64,000 bases of DNA, taken from the NCBI GenBank assembly GCA_963749495.1, contig CAVVMW010000010.1:1-64000 (forward strand). Direction: 5' to 3'. The translations under genes were made by a program, and so were the position numbers. A model generated the notes under the pieces. That model ran no database searches and had not been told where the DNA came from. It saw nothing but the letters and a program-made list of their open reading frames with translations. Positions 54,102 through 63,358 of the stretch are shown here, piece after piece. Each line of letters begins with the position of its first letter. Position 1 is the stretch's first letter. This DNA comes from an uncultured bacterium. GTDB lineage: Bacteria; Verrucomicrobiota; Verrucomicrobiia; Limisphaerales; UBA8199.

Positions 54102-54644
54102 GTGCAACCAGACAACAACGGACGCAAAGAGGACTTTGGCTCTGTTGCGGCGCGGGCGTATCCAGCCCTCACAAGGGCCGCCACAGTTCTTTGCTGGTCG
54201 AGATCCGACGTCGATGATGTTGTGCAGGAAGCTATGTTGAGCGCGTTTAAATCCTATGATTCGTTTCGGGGGGATTCGTCATTTCTGACGTGGGCTTATC
54301 GAATCCTGGCGCGGGCTGCCCAGGCGGAAAATCGAAGGCGGGCCAAAGTTCTTCCGGCCGAATATGCCGTCAGCCAGCCGCAGCAGCTTCCGCCCGTGGA
54401 TCGCGCTGTAATGCTGGATGAGGATGCACGCGGAGTAATTGACGCAGTGCGAGCCTTGCCAGAGCGGCAGAGGGAAATGATTACATTGTACCTGTTAAGG
54501 GAGTTTTCTTATGCCGAGATCAGTTCGGCTATGGGAGTTTCGCTCGGCACAGTCAAAGCAACAATCTTCGAAGCAAAAATGTCCCTTCGTACGGCACTAG
54601 CGAAGAAGGGGATTGCCAGAAAGTCGATGCATGAATTGCCCTGA
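54102..54644 (+). CDS. ECF sigma-70 factor (classical)
   Basis: DVDDVVQEAM, FRGDSSFLTWAYRI, LPERQRE, SYAEIS, GTVK. Confidence 0.9.
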   Translation: MQPDNNGRKEDFGSVAARAYPALTRAATVLCWSRSDVDDVVQEAMLSAFKSYDSFRGDSSFLTWAYRILARAAQAENRRRAKVLPAEYAVSQPQQLPPVDRAVMLDEDARGVIDAVRALPERQREMITLYLLREFSYAEISSAMGVSLGTVKATIFEAKMSLRTALAKKGIARKSMHELP

Positions 54645-55157
54645 TTACCAAACCATTTCGGCCTTTGTTGATGGCGAGCTTGAGGCTGTGCAGGCCGCCA
54701 AAGTTGAGCATCATGTTGCCGCGTGCCCGAACTGTTGACGCTTCCTGGAAGATATGCAATGGGTCAATAGTTGCGGACGCGCCGCGCTGCGAGCTCTTCC
54801 CGTTGAGGAAGCGGTGGATGAGAAAATCGTTTGGCTCGGGGTGCCCTGGCGCAAGCGCATGCGGCCGGCTTTATTAGCAGCCGCTGCAATGGTGGTTGCC
54901 GGGCTGGCCATTTGGATTTGGTTGAGTGGAGGTAATGATAGCGGCCGCCAGCAGGCGCGGCATCAACTTGCGCCTGGCAGCGTCTCCGCGACGGGGGGAC
55001 CGGGCCATTCCACGGCGCAGACGACTCCGCATTTGAACAATGGGCGGCACGGTACAGGAAATTGGAAATTCCCCGTGTGCCGATGGAAGTAGCGGCAAGC
55101 TATAATCCCCCACCGATTTCTCCAGTCCAACTCAATGACATCGAAAGGAATCGTTAA
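54631..55157 (+). pseudogene. zf-HC2 (ZAS) anti-sigma factor with an in-frame TGA and a frameshift
   Basis: MNCPDYQTISAFVDGEL...HVAACPNC*RFLEDM (TGA 54736-54738), TM helix; overlaps the sigma stop. Confidence 0.75.
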
Positions 55158-56666
55158 TGAAAAAGTCACTACCTGAACGGAGTCGCTTTGGAAGCGTTTG
55201 CTGTAGCCGCCGGCCTTGTGGCCTTGGTCCCGCACTGCCAGGGAAAGGCGTTTCCCGTTCCACCCGAAAACCACGCCGTCGAAAGAGCAATAACGGCAAC
55301 GAACCTGCAAGCGGTTGCCGCTGCAACCACCGATCCCGACGTGTGGCTCGGGCTTGCGCTGTTTCCGCAGCCTGGGCACCCGCTGCGGCATGAGCTTGTG
55401 GAAATGGCCCTGAAAACAAAACCACAATACGGTTCGATCGCCGTCGTTCTAACCACCGCCATGGATGGGGTGGACGACCAAGCCACGGCTGAACTCATCA
55501 GGCAGGATCCCGATAATGCACTCGGATATTATCTATTGGGAACTGGGGTATTCAAACCGCGTCACGAGAAGGAAGCGCTCGAAGCGTTTCGAAAAGCGGC
55601 AGAGTGCCGTGACCTGCGTGTTTACGGCGAGGCGGTCTCAAACGTGCTTTTTCAGGCGCTGGATGCCTTGAACCTGAAGGGGCTGGACCGGTTGTGCGCC
55701 GCGAGTTGGCTGGCAACGCGATGGCAAAACTTCGAGATCATAAACCTGCAGTCCCAGAGAGACGTGCTCCAACGATTGGCAAAGGACACCGACCTGCAAA
55801 CCCGGAAGGAAGTGTCCGACCTCATGCTGACGCTCGCCGGTCATTTAATCGGCAGCGACCTCTTTATGGGCCGGGTATTCGGAGAACGCGCACTCGTTGC
55901 CGCATTTCACTTGAAGGCGGACATTGCGGCGTCCGAAAGATCACCGACGATGAGCGGCTATGCTGGCGTGCTTCAAGCCCTCGTGAGCACAACGGTCAGT
56001 TGGCCCGGGCTCAAACACCGAGACCCGGTGGAATTGGCCAGCTTTCTCCCAAGCCGCATCTGGATCGCGTCGGAGTTCGCAGATGGCAATGGTCCGAGAT
56101 ACCTGCGCGGCAGGGAATCCAAACTCTCCGATGTTGATCGACCGGAATTCGAAAAGGCTAGAGACATTACAGCCAAGGCAGCGATAGCATTGATTGAAGC
56201 GGCCATGTCCGATCAGGATGAAGTCATTGGTGCCTACTTTCGCGGACATTTGCCACCTCCGACGAATGCTCCAGCTCCCTGGGTGACAGGTCAGACTTAC
56301 GTGGAACGGTTGATGGCGAGCAAACCGGCGCTCTTCACGGCTTTGGAGAATTACGAGGACGCCAGACTCGCTCTTGATCGTGTGGGCGATGCCAACTTGT
56401 CCGCGGAGAAAGGAGCTGGAGCGGCAGCGCCGGAGCCAGTGACAGCGGCGAAGAACGCGTGTATCACCAACCTGCGCCTAATTGATGGGGCAAAACAGCA
56501 ATGGGCACTCGGAATGGGAAAGCAACCCTCCGACACTCCTTTATGGTCCGATCTCCAGCCCTATTTTGGCCGGGGTATTCCGAAATGTCCATCGGGTGGC
56601 ATCTACAGTATAGGTTCGGTTGGTGAAAAACCAAAATGCAGCATCGCGGGACATGTGTGCCCATGA
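55157..56666 (+). CDS. Secreted TPR-containing protein with a C-terminal pilin-like globular domain (frameshift near start)
   Basis: DPDNALGYY; C-terminal NACITNLRLIDGAKQQWAL...CPSGGIY...PKCSIAGH. Confidence 0.7.
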
Positions 56667-56767
56667 GCTTGTCGGACGCGAAATCCTGTTCGCGTTGGAT
56701 TTCGAAGCAAGCCGCCTTTTTCTCCAGGAAGGGCTGTTCAATCATGCAATTTGCTATATCTGGAATT

Positions 56768-56818
56768 CACCCGCGTAGCATCAAAACCGGCGGCGCGGCA
56801 AAAAACCAAATTCCTATC
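56768..56818 (+). repeat. oriIS-like site 2
   Basis: 49/51 identical to site 1; followed by AGT. Confidence 0.85.
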
Positions 56819-57212
56819 AGTTGTTCTGGCATGAAGCGGTGGTGGGAGAGGCGCGCACGCCTTCAGAAGAGGAGGCGGGTTCAGTGCGCGTGCGCATCGT
56901 CTGAACGCCATTTCAGGAGCGCCCTATTCAGAGCCTGTCCCAAAATTGCGACAAAAGTCTGGAATTCCGGGCTAAGCGCCCGTGCAAGAATTAATCCCGA
57001 TTCTCTCACCGGGGGGCGCAGCCTGCTGGAGGCGCGGGCTCGGCTGCCGGCGTCCTAACTCGCGAAGCGCATGGAATGCGTCCAGCTTGCTGGCGCTTTC
57101 GTGAAGGGCCAACTTTTGCTACAAGCAGCCCTGATTTTCCCCGGAAAATTCCGGAATAAGCTCGACTCGGGCAACGGGCTTGTGGTATAACGCGACCATG
57201 ATCCTCATCAAG

Positions 57213-59060
57213 ATGCAGTCTTCCACAACGCGCCTGGCGACGAAGCCGCAATTGCTCGCCGGTCTGGTGCTTTCCCTCGTTGTTACAGGTCCGGGATTCG
57301 ATGCCGGTGCGCAGGCACAAGCCCAGGCTCCCACTCAACCACCGGGTTCTGCAACCTCCTCGGCAGTGCCTGCCCAGGCCGCGTTTGCCCCTGCGCGCAA
57401 GACCAGCTTCAAGGAGGTCACCAGCCAGCTTGATCCGGACGGCAGCGTCTTTGTCTATCTGGCGACAGACCAATGGCTTGCGGGCCTGTCGACGAACGTT
57501 TCGCGTCTGCGCGACGTGGTTGAGAATCTGCCTGGCATACCGGCGGCCGGCCGCGAACGGCTTGGCCGCGTGTTCAAGCTGCTGATTGAGGCCATTCCCC
57601 GCAGCGGCATCGAAGGCATTAGCGGCGTCGGCGTCAGCGGTGTGCAGATCACTGAGGGGTTGCACCGCTCCAAGCTGGTGCTCCACCACAACCCGGGCCA
57701 GGGCGAGGGCCTGCTCTGGAACCTGTTCGGCGGGCAGGCCCACCCGCTGCGCGCGATGGACATGCTGCCAAAAACCACGGCGCTGGCGGCCTTCGGCGAC
57801 CTGGACGCCATGCGGGCTTGGAACTTTATCGAGCGCGTTGTGTCGGACTCGGGAGATTCCGGGCTGGCAAACGGGCTCGGTGAGTGGCAACGAGGCTTCG
57901 AGCAAGGCGCAAAGCTCTCGTGGACAAACCTGCTGGCGTCCTTTGGAGGGGAAGCCGGCATCATCCTGACGCTGGACGATTCGCGCAAACTCACACTTCC
58001 GGTCCCGCCGCAAGCGGTTGATTTGCCGGAGCCGGGTCTGATCGTGGCAGTGAAAGTCAACAACGACACGCTGTTCGAGCGCGTCAGCCAGGAACTCAAG
58101 GCAAACCCGCAAACTGAGGTCAAAGAGGAGCCGGGCCTCAAGATGTGCGTGATGCCGCTGGGCCTTCCCCTGCCTGTGCCGGTGCAAGTGACCGTGGCCA
58201 GCAGCGGCGACTGGTTCTTCGCGGCAACCGCGCCGGAGTTGGTTCGCGCGGCGCTCGAGGCGCGGAGCGGCAAGGCCCCCGGCCTCGGCCAATCGGCCCA
58301 GTTCAAGGCACTCCGGCAATACCTGCCCGGCGAAGGCAACCAGTTCTTCTGCATCGACAAGCGGTTTTCGGAGGCCATCCGCGAGGTCCAGAAACAGGCG
58401 ATGCGGTCCAACCTCGCGGCGGCCGGACAAACGGCCCTTCTGGAATCGCTGCTGTTCTCGAAGGCGGCCGCGTTCGGTTTAGTCGTGGGGGCACACACAC
58501 CAACCGGCTGGGAGGTAGTTTCGGTGGGCAACCGCGATTCCCCGGGCACCCTGCTGATGGCCCCGGTCGCCGGCGGCATCGCGGTGGAGGCGGCGATGCT
58601 CCTGCCGGCGCTGGCCAGGGCCAAGGCGCGCGGTCAAAGCATCACTTGCGCCTACAACCTCAAGGTGATCGGCACAGCCTTTAAAGCCTGGGCCTTGGAC
58701 AACGGGAACCAGTTTCCCTTCAACGTCTCGACCAACAAGGGCGGCACCCTGGAATTGTGCGCGCGAGGCGGCGGCGGCTTTGACCAGAACTCCTTCAGGC
58801 ACTTCCTGATCATGTCCGGCTACCTGTCCACCCCGAAGGACCTGTCCGCCGCGAACACCCCGATGATTTTGGTCTGCCCGGCGGACTCTTCCCGGCAACC
58901 GGCCGCCGACTTTTTGAGTCTGCGCGCGGACAATGTGTCCTACCAGGTCCGATCCGGAACGAACGTCAACGAGACACAACCGCAGGAGGTCCTCGTTCGC
59001 TGCCCGATCCACGGCCACGAGCTTCTTTGCGATGGCAGTGTCCATTGGGCTGCGCTTTGA
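57213..59060 (+). CDS. Secreted protein with a C-terminal pilin-like domain
   Basis: Signal peptide; internal [28 protein letters not shown]...CPIHGHELLCDGSV. Confidence 0.78.
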   Translation: MQSSTTRLATKPQLLAGLVLSLVVTGPGFDAGAQAQAQAPTQPPGSATSSAVPAQAAFAPARKTSFKEVTSQLDPDGSVFVYLATDQWLAGLSTNVSRLRDVVENLPGIPAAGRERLGRVFKLLIEAIPRSGIEGISGVGVSGVQITEGLHRSKLVLHHNPGQGEGLLWNLFGGQAHPLRAMDMLPKTTALAAFGDLDAMRAWNFIERVVSDSGDSGLANGLGEWQRGFEQGAKLSWTNLLASFGGEAGIILTLDDSRKLTLPVPPQAVDLPEPGLIVAVKVNNDTLFERVSQELKANPQTEVKEEPGLKMCVMPLGLPLPVPVQVTVASSGDWFFAATAPELVRAALEARSGKAPGLGQSAQFKALRQYLPGEGNQFFCIDKRFSEAIREVQKQAMRSNLAAAGQTALLESLLFSKAAAFGLVVGAHTPTGWEVVSVGNRDSPGTLLMAPVAGGIAVEAAMLLPALARAKARGQSITCAYNLKVIGTAFKAWALDNGNQFPFNVSTNKGGTLELCARGGGGFDQNSFRHFLIMSGYLSTPKDLSAANTPMILVCPADSSRQPAADFLSLRADNVSYQVRSGTNVNETQPQEVLVRCPIHGHELLCDGSVHWAAL

Positions 59061-59071
59061 GCGTCCCGTTT

Positions 59072-59192
59072 CCCCTCACCCTGACCTTCTCCCAAGGGAG
59101 AGGGAACAGCACGGGACGGCCTTCGAGATTTCGAACCGCTTTCGCTACGCCAACGGACTGCGGGTAATTCTCCCTCTCTGCCGGGGAGAGGG
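59072..59192. repeat. REP-like palindrome pair
   Basis: Same family as the repeats at 10437 and 13421. Confidence 0.6.
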
Positions 59193-59419
59193 CTACGGTC
59201 CGACCTGCACGCGGTAGAAGCGGCGTTTGTCTGTGGCGTTGGGGTCGGTCACGATGAACGAATTGGTCGTCGCGCTGTTGGTGACAAAGAGGGACGTCCA
59301 GTTGGTCGAACTCAAATTCGTGGACACCTGAACGGTGGAGTTTTGGTTGGCGGCGCCCGTCAGCCGCATCGTGAACTGGTTCGCCGCCCACGACGCAGAG
59401 CCAAGAACAGGCTCGGCAT
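59193..59419 (-). pseudogene. C-terminal fragment of a secreted protein ('RFYR' domain), cut by site 3
   Basis: PVLGSASWAANQFTMRLTG...QVSTNL..NWTSL...DPNATDKRRFYRVQVGP*. Confidence 0.7.
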
Positions 59420-59469
59420 CACCCGCGTAGCGTCAAAACCGGCGGCGCGGCAAAAAACCAAATTCCTAT
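59420..59469 (+). repeat. oriIS-like site 3 (interrupted by the intron before the final C)
   Basis: 49/50 identical to site 1 up to TTCCTAT; the C resumes at 60026. Confidence 0.85.
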
Positions 59470-60025
59470 GTGCAGCCTTCAACCTTGGCCATGCTCGCAG
59501 GTGAAAGTCCTGCCTCGGCAATGGATGGTTGGGCCGAGTAGTGATTAAGGAAAGTATGCCAAAGCAAAGAAGGGAAGGTGAGGCGAACGGCCCGCGAGGG
59601 CAAAGACCGCCTGGAGCAAGCCGAACAGGCCCACCTGTCCGCCGTAGCTTTAGCGAAGGCGGAAGCTGGACGGACTTCGTCAGACCGGCGCATCAGGCCG
59701 TAGTAGCGTTTGCAGGCGCGGGGATAATAAACCGTGCTGAGCCAAGGGCCTGTGGGCACAGCCGCGAACCGATACATCTGGACTCTGAGCCAGACGCGGA
59801 AAGGAACGCAGGCTCCGCGTCAAACGCAGCCGGGGACGGCTGCGGAAGGGCGCGGAGCGACAAGGCTGGCCTCCAACCGTACCGGGGAAAACTCGCCGTA
59901 CGGGATGACAAGAGGGGGTGGGGGAAACGTGGGCAGGACCTGATGGCCATTTGCCACGATGCTCGAAAGGGCAGAAACACAGGAAGCCATTGGTCTAAAC
60001 TGGTCGCGCCTCCGCTCCACTCGAC
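59470..60025 (+). ncRNA. ORF-less group II intron
   Basis: 5' GTGCAG; DV-like hairpin CCGTACCGGGGAAAACTCGCCGTACGG (about 59877-59903); DVI-like stem ending CCACTCGAC; 556 nt, no RT ORF. Confidence 0.75.
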
Positions 60026-60066
60026 CAATAATTTTAGGGGGCGCCAAGGGATTACAAAAAAACCTC

Positions 60067-60113
60067 TTGACCGGGGGGCTGAACTGTCATAGTGTCGTAT
60101 AACAGCTAAACAG
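60067..60113 (+). promoter_or_regulatory. Promoter/operator of the GntR gene
   Basis: TTGACC-17-TAGTGT overlapping the imperfect palindrome CTGTCATA...TATAACAG. Confidence 0.55.
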
Positions 60114-60115
60114 TT

Positions 60116-60414
60116 ATGATCCTGCAAATCGATTTCCAGGCCGGCAAACCGGTTTACAGCCAACTGGCCGACCAGATCCGCTACGCGACGGCCTCCGGGC
60201 GGTTGCGGCCGGGCGAGGCCCTGCCCTCCCTGCGCCCCCAGGCGAAGGAGTTGCGCATCAACCGCAACACCATCGCCAAGTCCTATGCCGAGCTGCAAAG
60301 CCAGGGCATCATCGAGACGGTCCCCGGCAAAGGTTTCTTCATCAAGAAGAACGACTCGCCCTTCACGGAGGATGTGCGCCAGCGCCTGCTGCGGACGCAG
60401 ATCGACCAGGCGGT
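60116..60414 (+). pseudogene. GntR (YtrA-like) regulator truncated by site 4
   Basis: [10 protein letters not shown]...LPSLR...[11 protein letters not shown]...GKGFF; reads into the site after DQAV. Confidence 0.8.
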
Positions 60415-60466
60415 GACCCGCCCAGCGCTCAGTACCTGCGGGCGCCCAAAAAAACAAATTCTTATC
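60415..60466 (+). repeat. oriIS-like site 4 (variant subtype)
   Basis: GACCCGCCCAGCGCTCAGTACCTGCGGGCGCCCAAAAAAACAAATTCTTATC followed by AGT. Confidence 0.75.
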
Positions 60467-60669
60467 AGTGCATGAACAGCAGTGTTTATGACCAGGACAG
60501 GGCAACCGCGGCAGAGTGTGGCGGCTTTCGGGGGTCGCATAGCACATCCATGAAAGAAATGCCGAAACCGCATGTGGCGAACCCCACGATAGCGTCACGG
60601 CGTCACTGGCGCGGGGTAGCTGATCTGGAACATCAACGCCGCGTGAGTGTTGGCCATGCCCCCTGTCCA

Positions 60670-61467
60670 ATGGACGTGAAAACGAAAGCGCCGAAACGCA
60701 CGTGGCCCACCCAGTGCCCCGGAGCGGCGTTCACGCTGGCCGAACTGCTGGTGGTCATTGCAATCATCGCCATCCTGGCAGCCCTTCTGCTCCCGACGCT
60801 TTCCAGGGCCAAGGCTCAGGCCCGCTCCACGGCTTGCAAAAACCATCTGCGCCAAATCGGCCTCGCTTTGGGGATGTATGTGTCAGACTACCGCCATTAC
60901 CCGCCCATGTGGGGCGAGGACACCGGCCCCTTTCAAACCTGGGCGGACCGGCTGTTTCCCTATGCCCCGCTCAACTGGACAAACCGCTCTTGGCACTGCC
61001 CGACATACATTGCAAATGGGGGAATTATACAAGTTGTTAAGCCGCCGCCCGTTAAGCGGGTCAGGGTTTTCACCAGCTATTCGTATAACGCCTATGGCAT
61101 CAGCCATGTCCCCGGGATTCACCCCGAAGGCTTCAGGTTGGGCCTGGGTGGCCATCCCGGTTCCAACCCCGCCGAGCCCGAAGTGCTGGCACCGAGTCAG
61201 ATGTTCGCCGTCTCCGATGCGAGGACTACACGGGACGGCGAGGGAACGTGGGGAAATGTCGCCATGAAAGCTTACTCGTTCACAATTTGCGAACTTGCGC
61301 CTCCCCACTCCCAGGCTTACAACACGCTCTTTTGTGACAGCCATGTGTTGCTCCTAAAACGAAAAGATTTACTCTATCCGCCGCGAACTGCGCACAACTG
61401 GAACCGGGATAACCAACCGCACCCGGAAGTTTGGGCACCCAGGAACCGGTGGGTCGTGCAAGAGTAG
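60670..61467 (+). CDS. Prepilin-type N-terminal cleavage/methylation, H-X9-DG-like protein
   Basis: [40 protein letters not shown]. Start codon uncertain. Confidence 0.88.
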   Translation: MDVKTKAPKRTWPTQCPGAAFTLAELLVVIAIIAILAALLLPTLSRAKAQARSTACKNHLRQIGLALGMYVSDYRHYPPMWGEDTGPFQTWADRLFPYAPLNWTNRSWHCPTYIANGGIIQVVKPPPVKRVRVFTSYSYNAYGISHVPGIHPEGFRLGLGGHPGSNPAEPEVLAPSQMFAVSDARTTRDGEGTWGNVAMKAYSFTICELAPPHSQAYNTLFCDSHVLLLKRKDLLYPPRTAHNWNRDNQPHPEVWAPRNRWVVQE

Positions 61468-61581
61468 CGCGAGGGCAGGAAATTGGGTGCCAACCACCGA
61501 ATCGCTAATCGGGTCGCCGGGAGGATCGCCGTCCCGGCTCCCACATGACCCGCGCAGCGCTCACCCGCGCAAGCGCTCAGT

Positions 61582-61631
61582 CACCCGCGCAAGCGTCAGT
61601 GCATGCGGGCGCGCAAAAAGCAATTTCTTAT
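61582..61631 (+). repeat. oriIS-like site 5 (variant subtype, intron-interrupted)
   Basis: CACCCGCGCAAGCGTCAGTGCATGCGGGCGCGCAAAAAGCAATTTCTTAT followed by GTGCAG. Confidence 0.75.
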
Positions 61632-61770
61632 GTGCAGCCTTCGACCTTGGACATGCTCGCAGGTGAAAGTCCTGCCTCGGCAATGGATGGTTTGGCCGAG
61701 CACTGATAGCAGACTCCGGCGAGGGGAGACCCTGGCTGGGGCAAGCTCTGCCGTAAACGGGCGGGCCTGT
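61632..61770 (+). ncRNA. 5' fragment of a related group II intron
   Basis: First ~75 nt nearly identical to 59470-59545, then diverges; no DV/DVI seen. The 3' limit is approximate. Confidence 0.65.
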
Positions 61771-61925
61771 CGGTGGCGCAAGTCAGCGGCGGGGACGGGC
61801 CAGCCGCTCCAGGCGGAAGGAACGAATGTTGCTTTGCGGAATCCCAGAATGAACAGCCCGCCGGTTTTCGCTTTTGGCTTGCTATCAGGCACCGGGTCGT
61901 GCTCCTTTCCCACTGGCCAAAGAGC

Positions 61926-63125
61926 ATGAAGCGAACCGTTATCGTATTGTGCAGCCTGCTGTGCTTGGCGGGCTTGCTCGTGGTCATCGCCTCATTGGGC
62001 TCGCCCAGCCCCAACGCTCCAAGGTTCGTCCCGATGCACTCGCAACCGGTTGGGACTTACACCTGGGCGAACTACGATTGGGGAGGCGCTGTGCCCGTTC
62101 AGGGCGGCAAGGTGTGGATCGAGACGCGCTCAAGCCTCACGAACTGGCACTGGTTTCTCTACGATGTGACCAACCGCTTGATAGTCGGGGAGTTGTTCAA
62201 GGCGTGGCCGGTCTTCTTCAATCACGACCAAACCAGGCTCTTGTGCGAGGGCGAGTCGCTGGAAGCGGACTGGAAATGGAAGCTTATCCGCTGGTTGCAG
62301 ACCTTCCCCATCGGCAAGAGCCTGGCCCGGAAAATGAATCGCCCCGAGGTCTTCTGGATCCTGAATCTCAAAGACGGGTCCGCAAGACGAGTCGGCCAAC
62401 TCTCACAATTCCAGGGCACTGGCAGCAGGTTCCTGCCTTCGCCAGGATTCCGTTACGGTGTGAACCGCCCCAGCACCAGTCCCGACACCGAGTGGTTCCT
62501 GTGCGATCTGGAAAGCAACCGTTTTGCGAGGCTGACCCTCAGCGGCCAGGTCGCAGGCTGGTGGGATGCGCAGAGCCTTTTGGTCAAAGACAAGGGGAGC
62601 AATTTCATGCTCTTCGACGTGGCGACGCGCCAAACCAACACGCTCTTCAGTGCCCGGGAGATTTCCAGCCTCCTGAAGCAGTTTGATCTGCCGGACGATC
62701 CGTCCGCGCTGGGCACTTTGCTCAACTGGAATGGGCATGACTACGATTTCTATTTCACCCTCGCCAAGGAAAAGAACTGGGGCGAGTCCTTCCTCCTGAA
62801 GGCCGACCGAGCCACCAGGACGCTGAGGCTGGTCAAACGGAACTTCAAATTCCACCATTTGGGCCGTCTGGACGCCGAGGGGGCGCATTACCTCTACGAG
62901 GGAGAAAGTGGCCCGCCCGGCACGGGAGGCAACGGTGGGGTCTATTTGCGTGACCTGTCTGACGACAGCGTGCAAACCCTCGTTGAGCCCGACAACCGCG
63001 GGCAGTATGCCCTGGCCCGCTTCTGCGCGGATGGGGTGATTTACTTGCGCAGCAAGCAGTTCTTCTGGGTGGACCTGCACGGCAGCAATGATGCGCCTTT
63101 GTTTCGGTCGGGTGAGAGCCGGTAA
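61926..63125 (+). CDS. Membrane-anchored hypothetical protein, probable beta-propeller
   Basis: N-terminal hydrophobic helix; Trp/Asp-rich strand repeats. Confidence 0.7.
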   Translation: MKRTVIVLCSLLCLAGLLVVIASLGSPSPNAPRFVPMHSQPVGTYTWANYDWGGAVPVQGGKVWIETRSSLTNWHWFLYDVTNRLIVGELFKAWPVFFNHDQTRLLCEGESLEADWKWKLIRWLQTFPIGKSLARKMNRPEVFWILNLKDGSARRVGQLSQFQGTGSRFLPSPGFRYGVNRPSTSPDTEWFLCDLESNRFARLTLSGQVAGWWDAQSLLVKDKGSNFMLFDVATRQTNTLFSAREISSLLKQFDLPDDPSALGTLLNWNGHDYDFYFTLAKEKNWGESFLLKADRATRTLRLVKRNFKFHHLGRLDAEGAHYLYEGESGPPGTGGNGGVYLRDLSDDSVQTLVEPDNRGQYALARFCADGVIYLRSKQFFWVDLHGSNDAPLFRSGESR

Positions 63126-63193
63126 TGCTGCTGAGAGGGCTTGGACTCTTCGTAGAGCAAAAGGCGCTCGGTTCGGCAGCCCGCTGAAAAATG

Positions 63194-63271
63194 CGCCCGG
63201 TGAGGGCACCCGGCCCACAGGGCACCTCGCATCCGGAGGAATTCCTGCAGGCCGCGTGCCGTCACACGGCG
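63194..63271. repeat. REP-like inverted doublet between convergent genes
   Basis: CGCCCGGTGAGGGCACCCGGCCCACAGG versus CCTGCAGGCCGCGTGCCGTCACACGGCG. Confidence 0.55.
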
Positions 63272-63358
63272 CTCTGGAGGTTCTTCCCCTGGCTGCGAGG
63301 CGCGCCGAGGTGTAAATATGCGTCAAGGGCCCCAGGGGCTCGATCGAGCTGCCTAGGC

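Noticed and set aside
53774..61631. Classical integron attC array
   Set aside because: The sites lack RYYYAAC/GTTRRRY boxes and there is no IntI.
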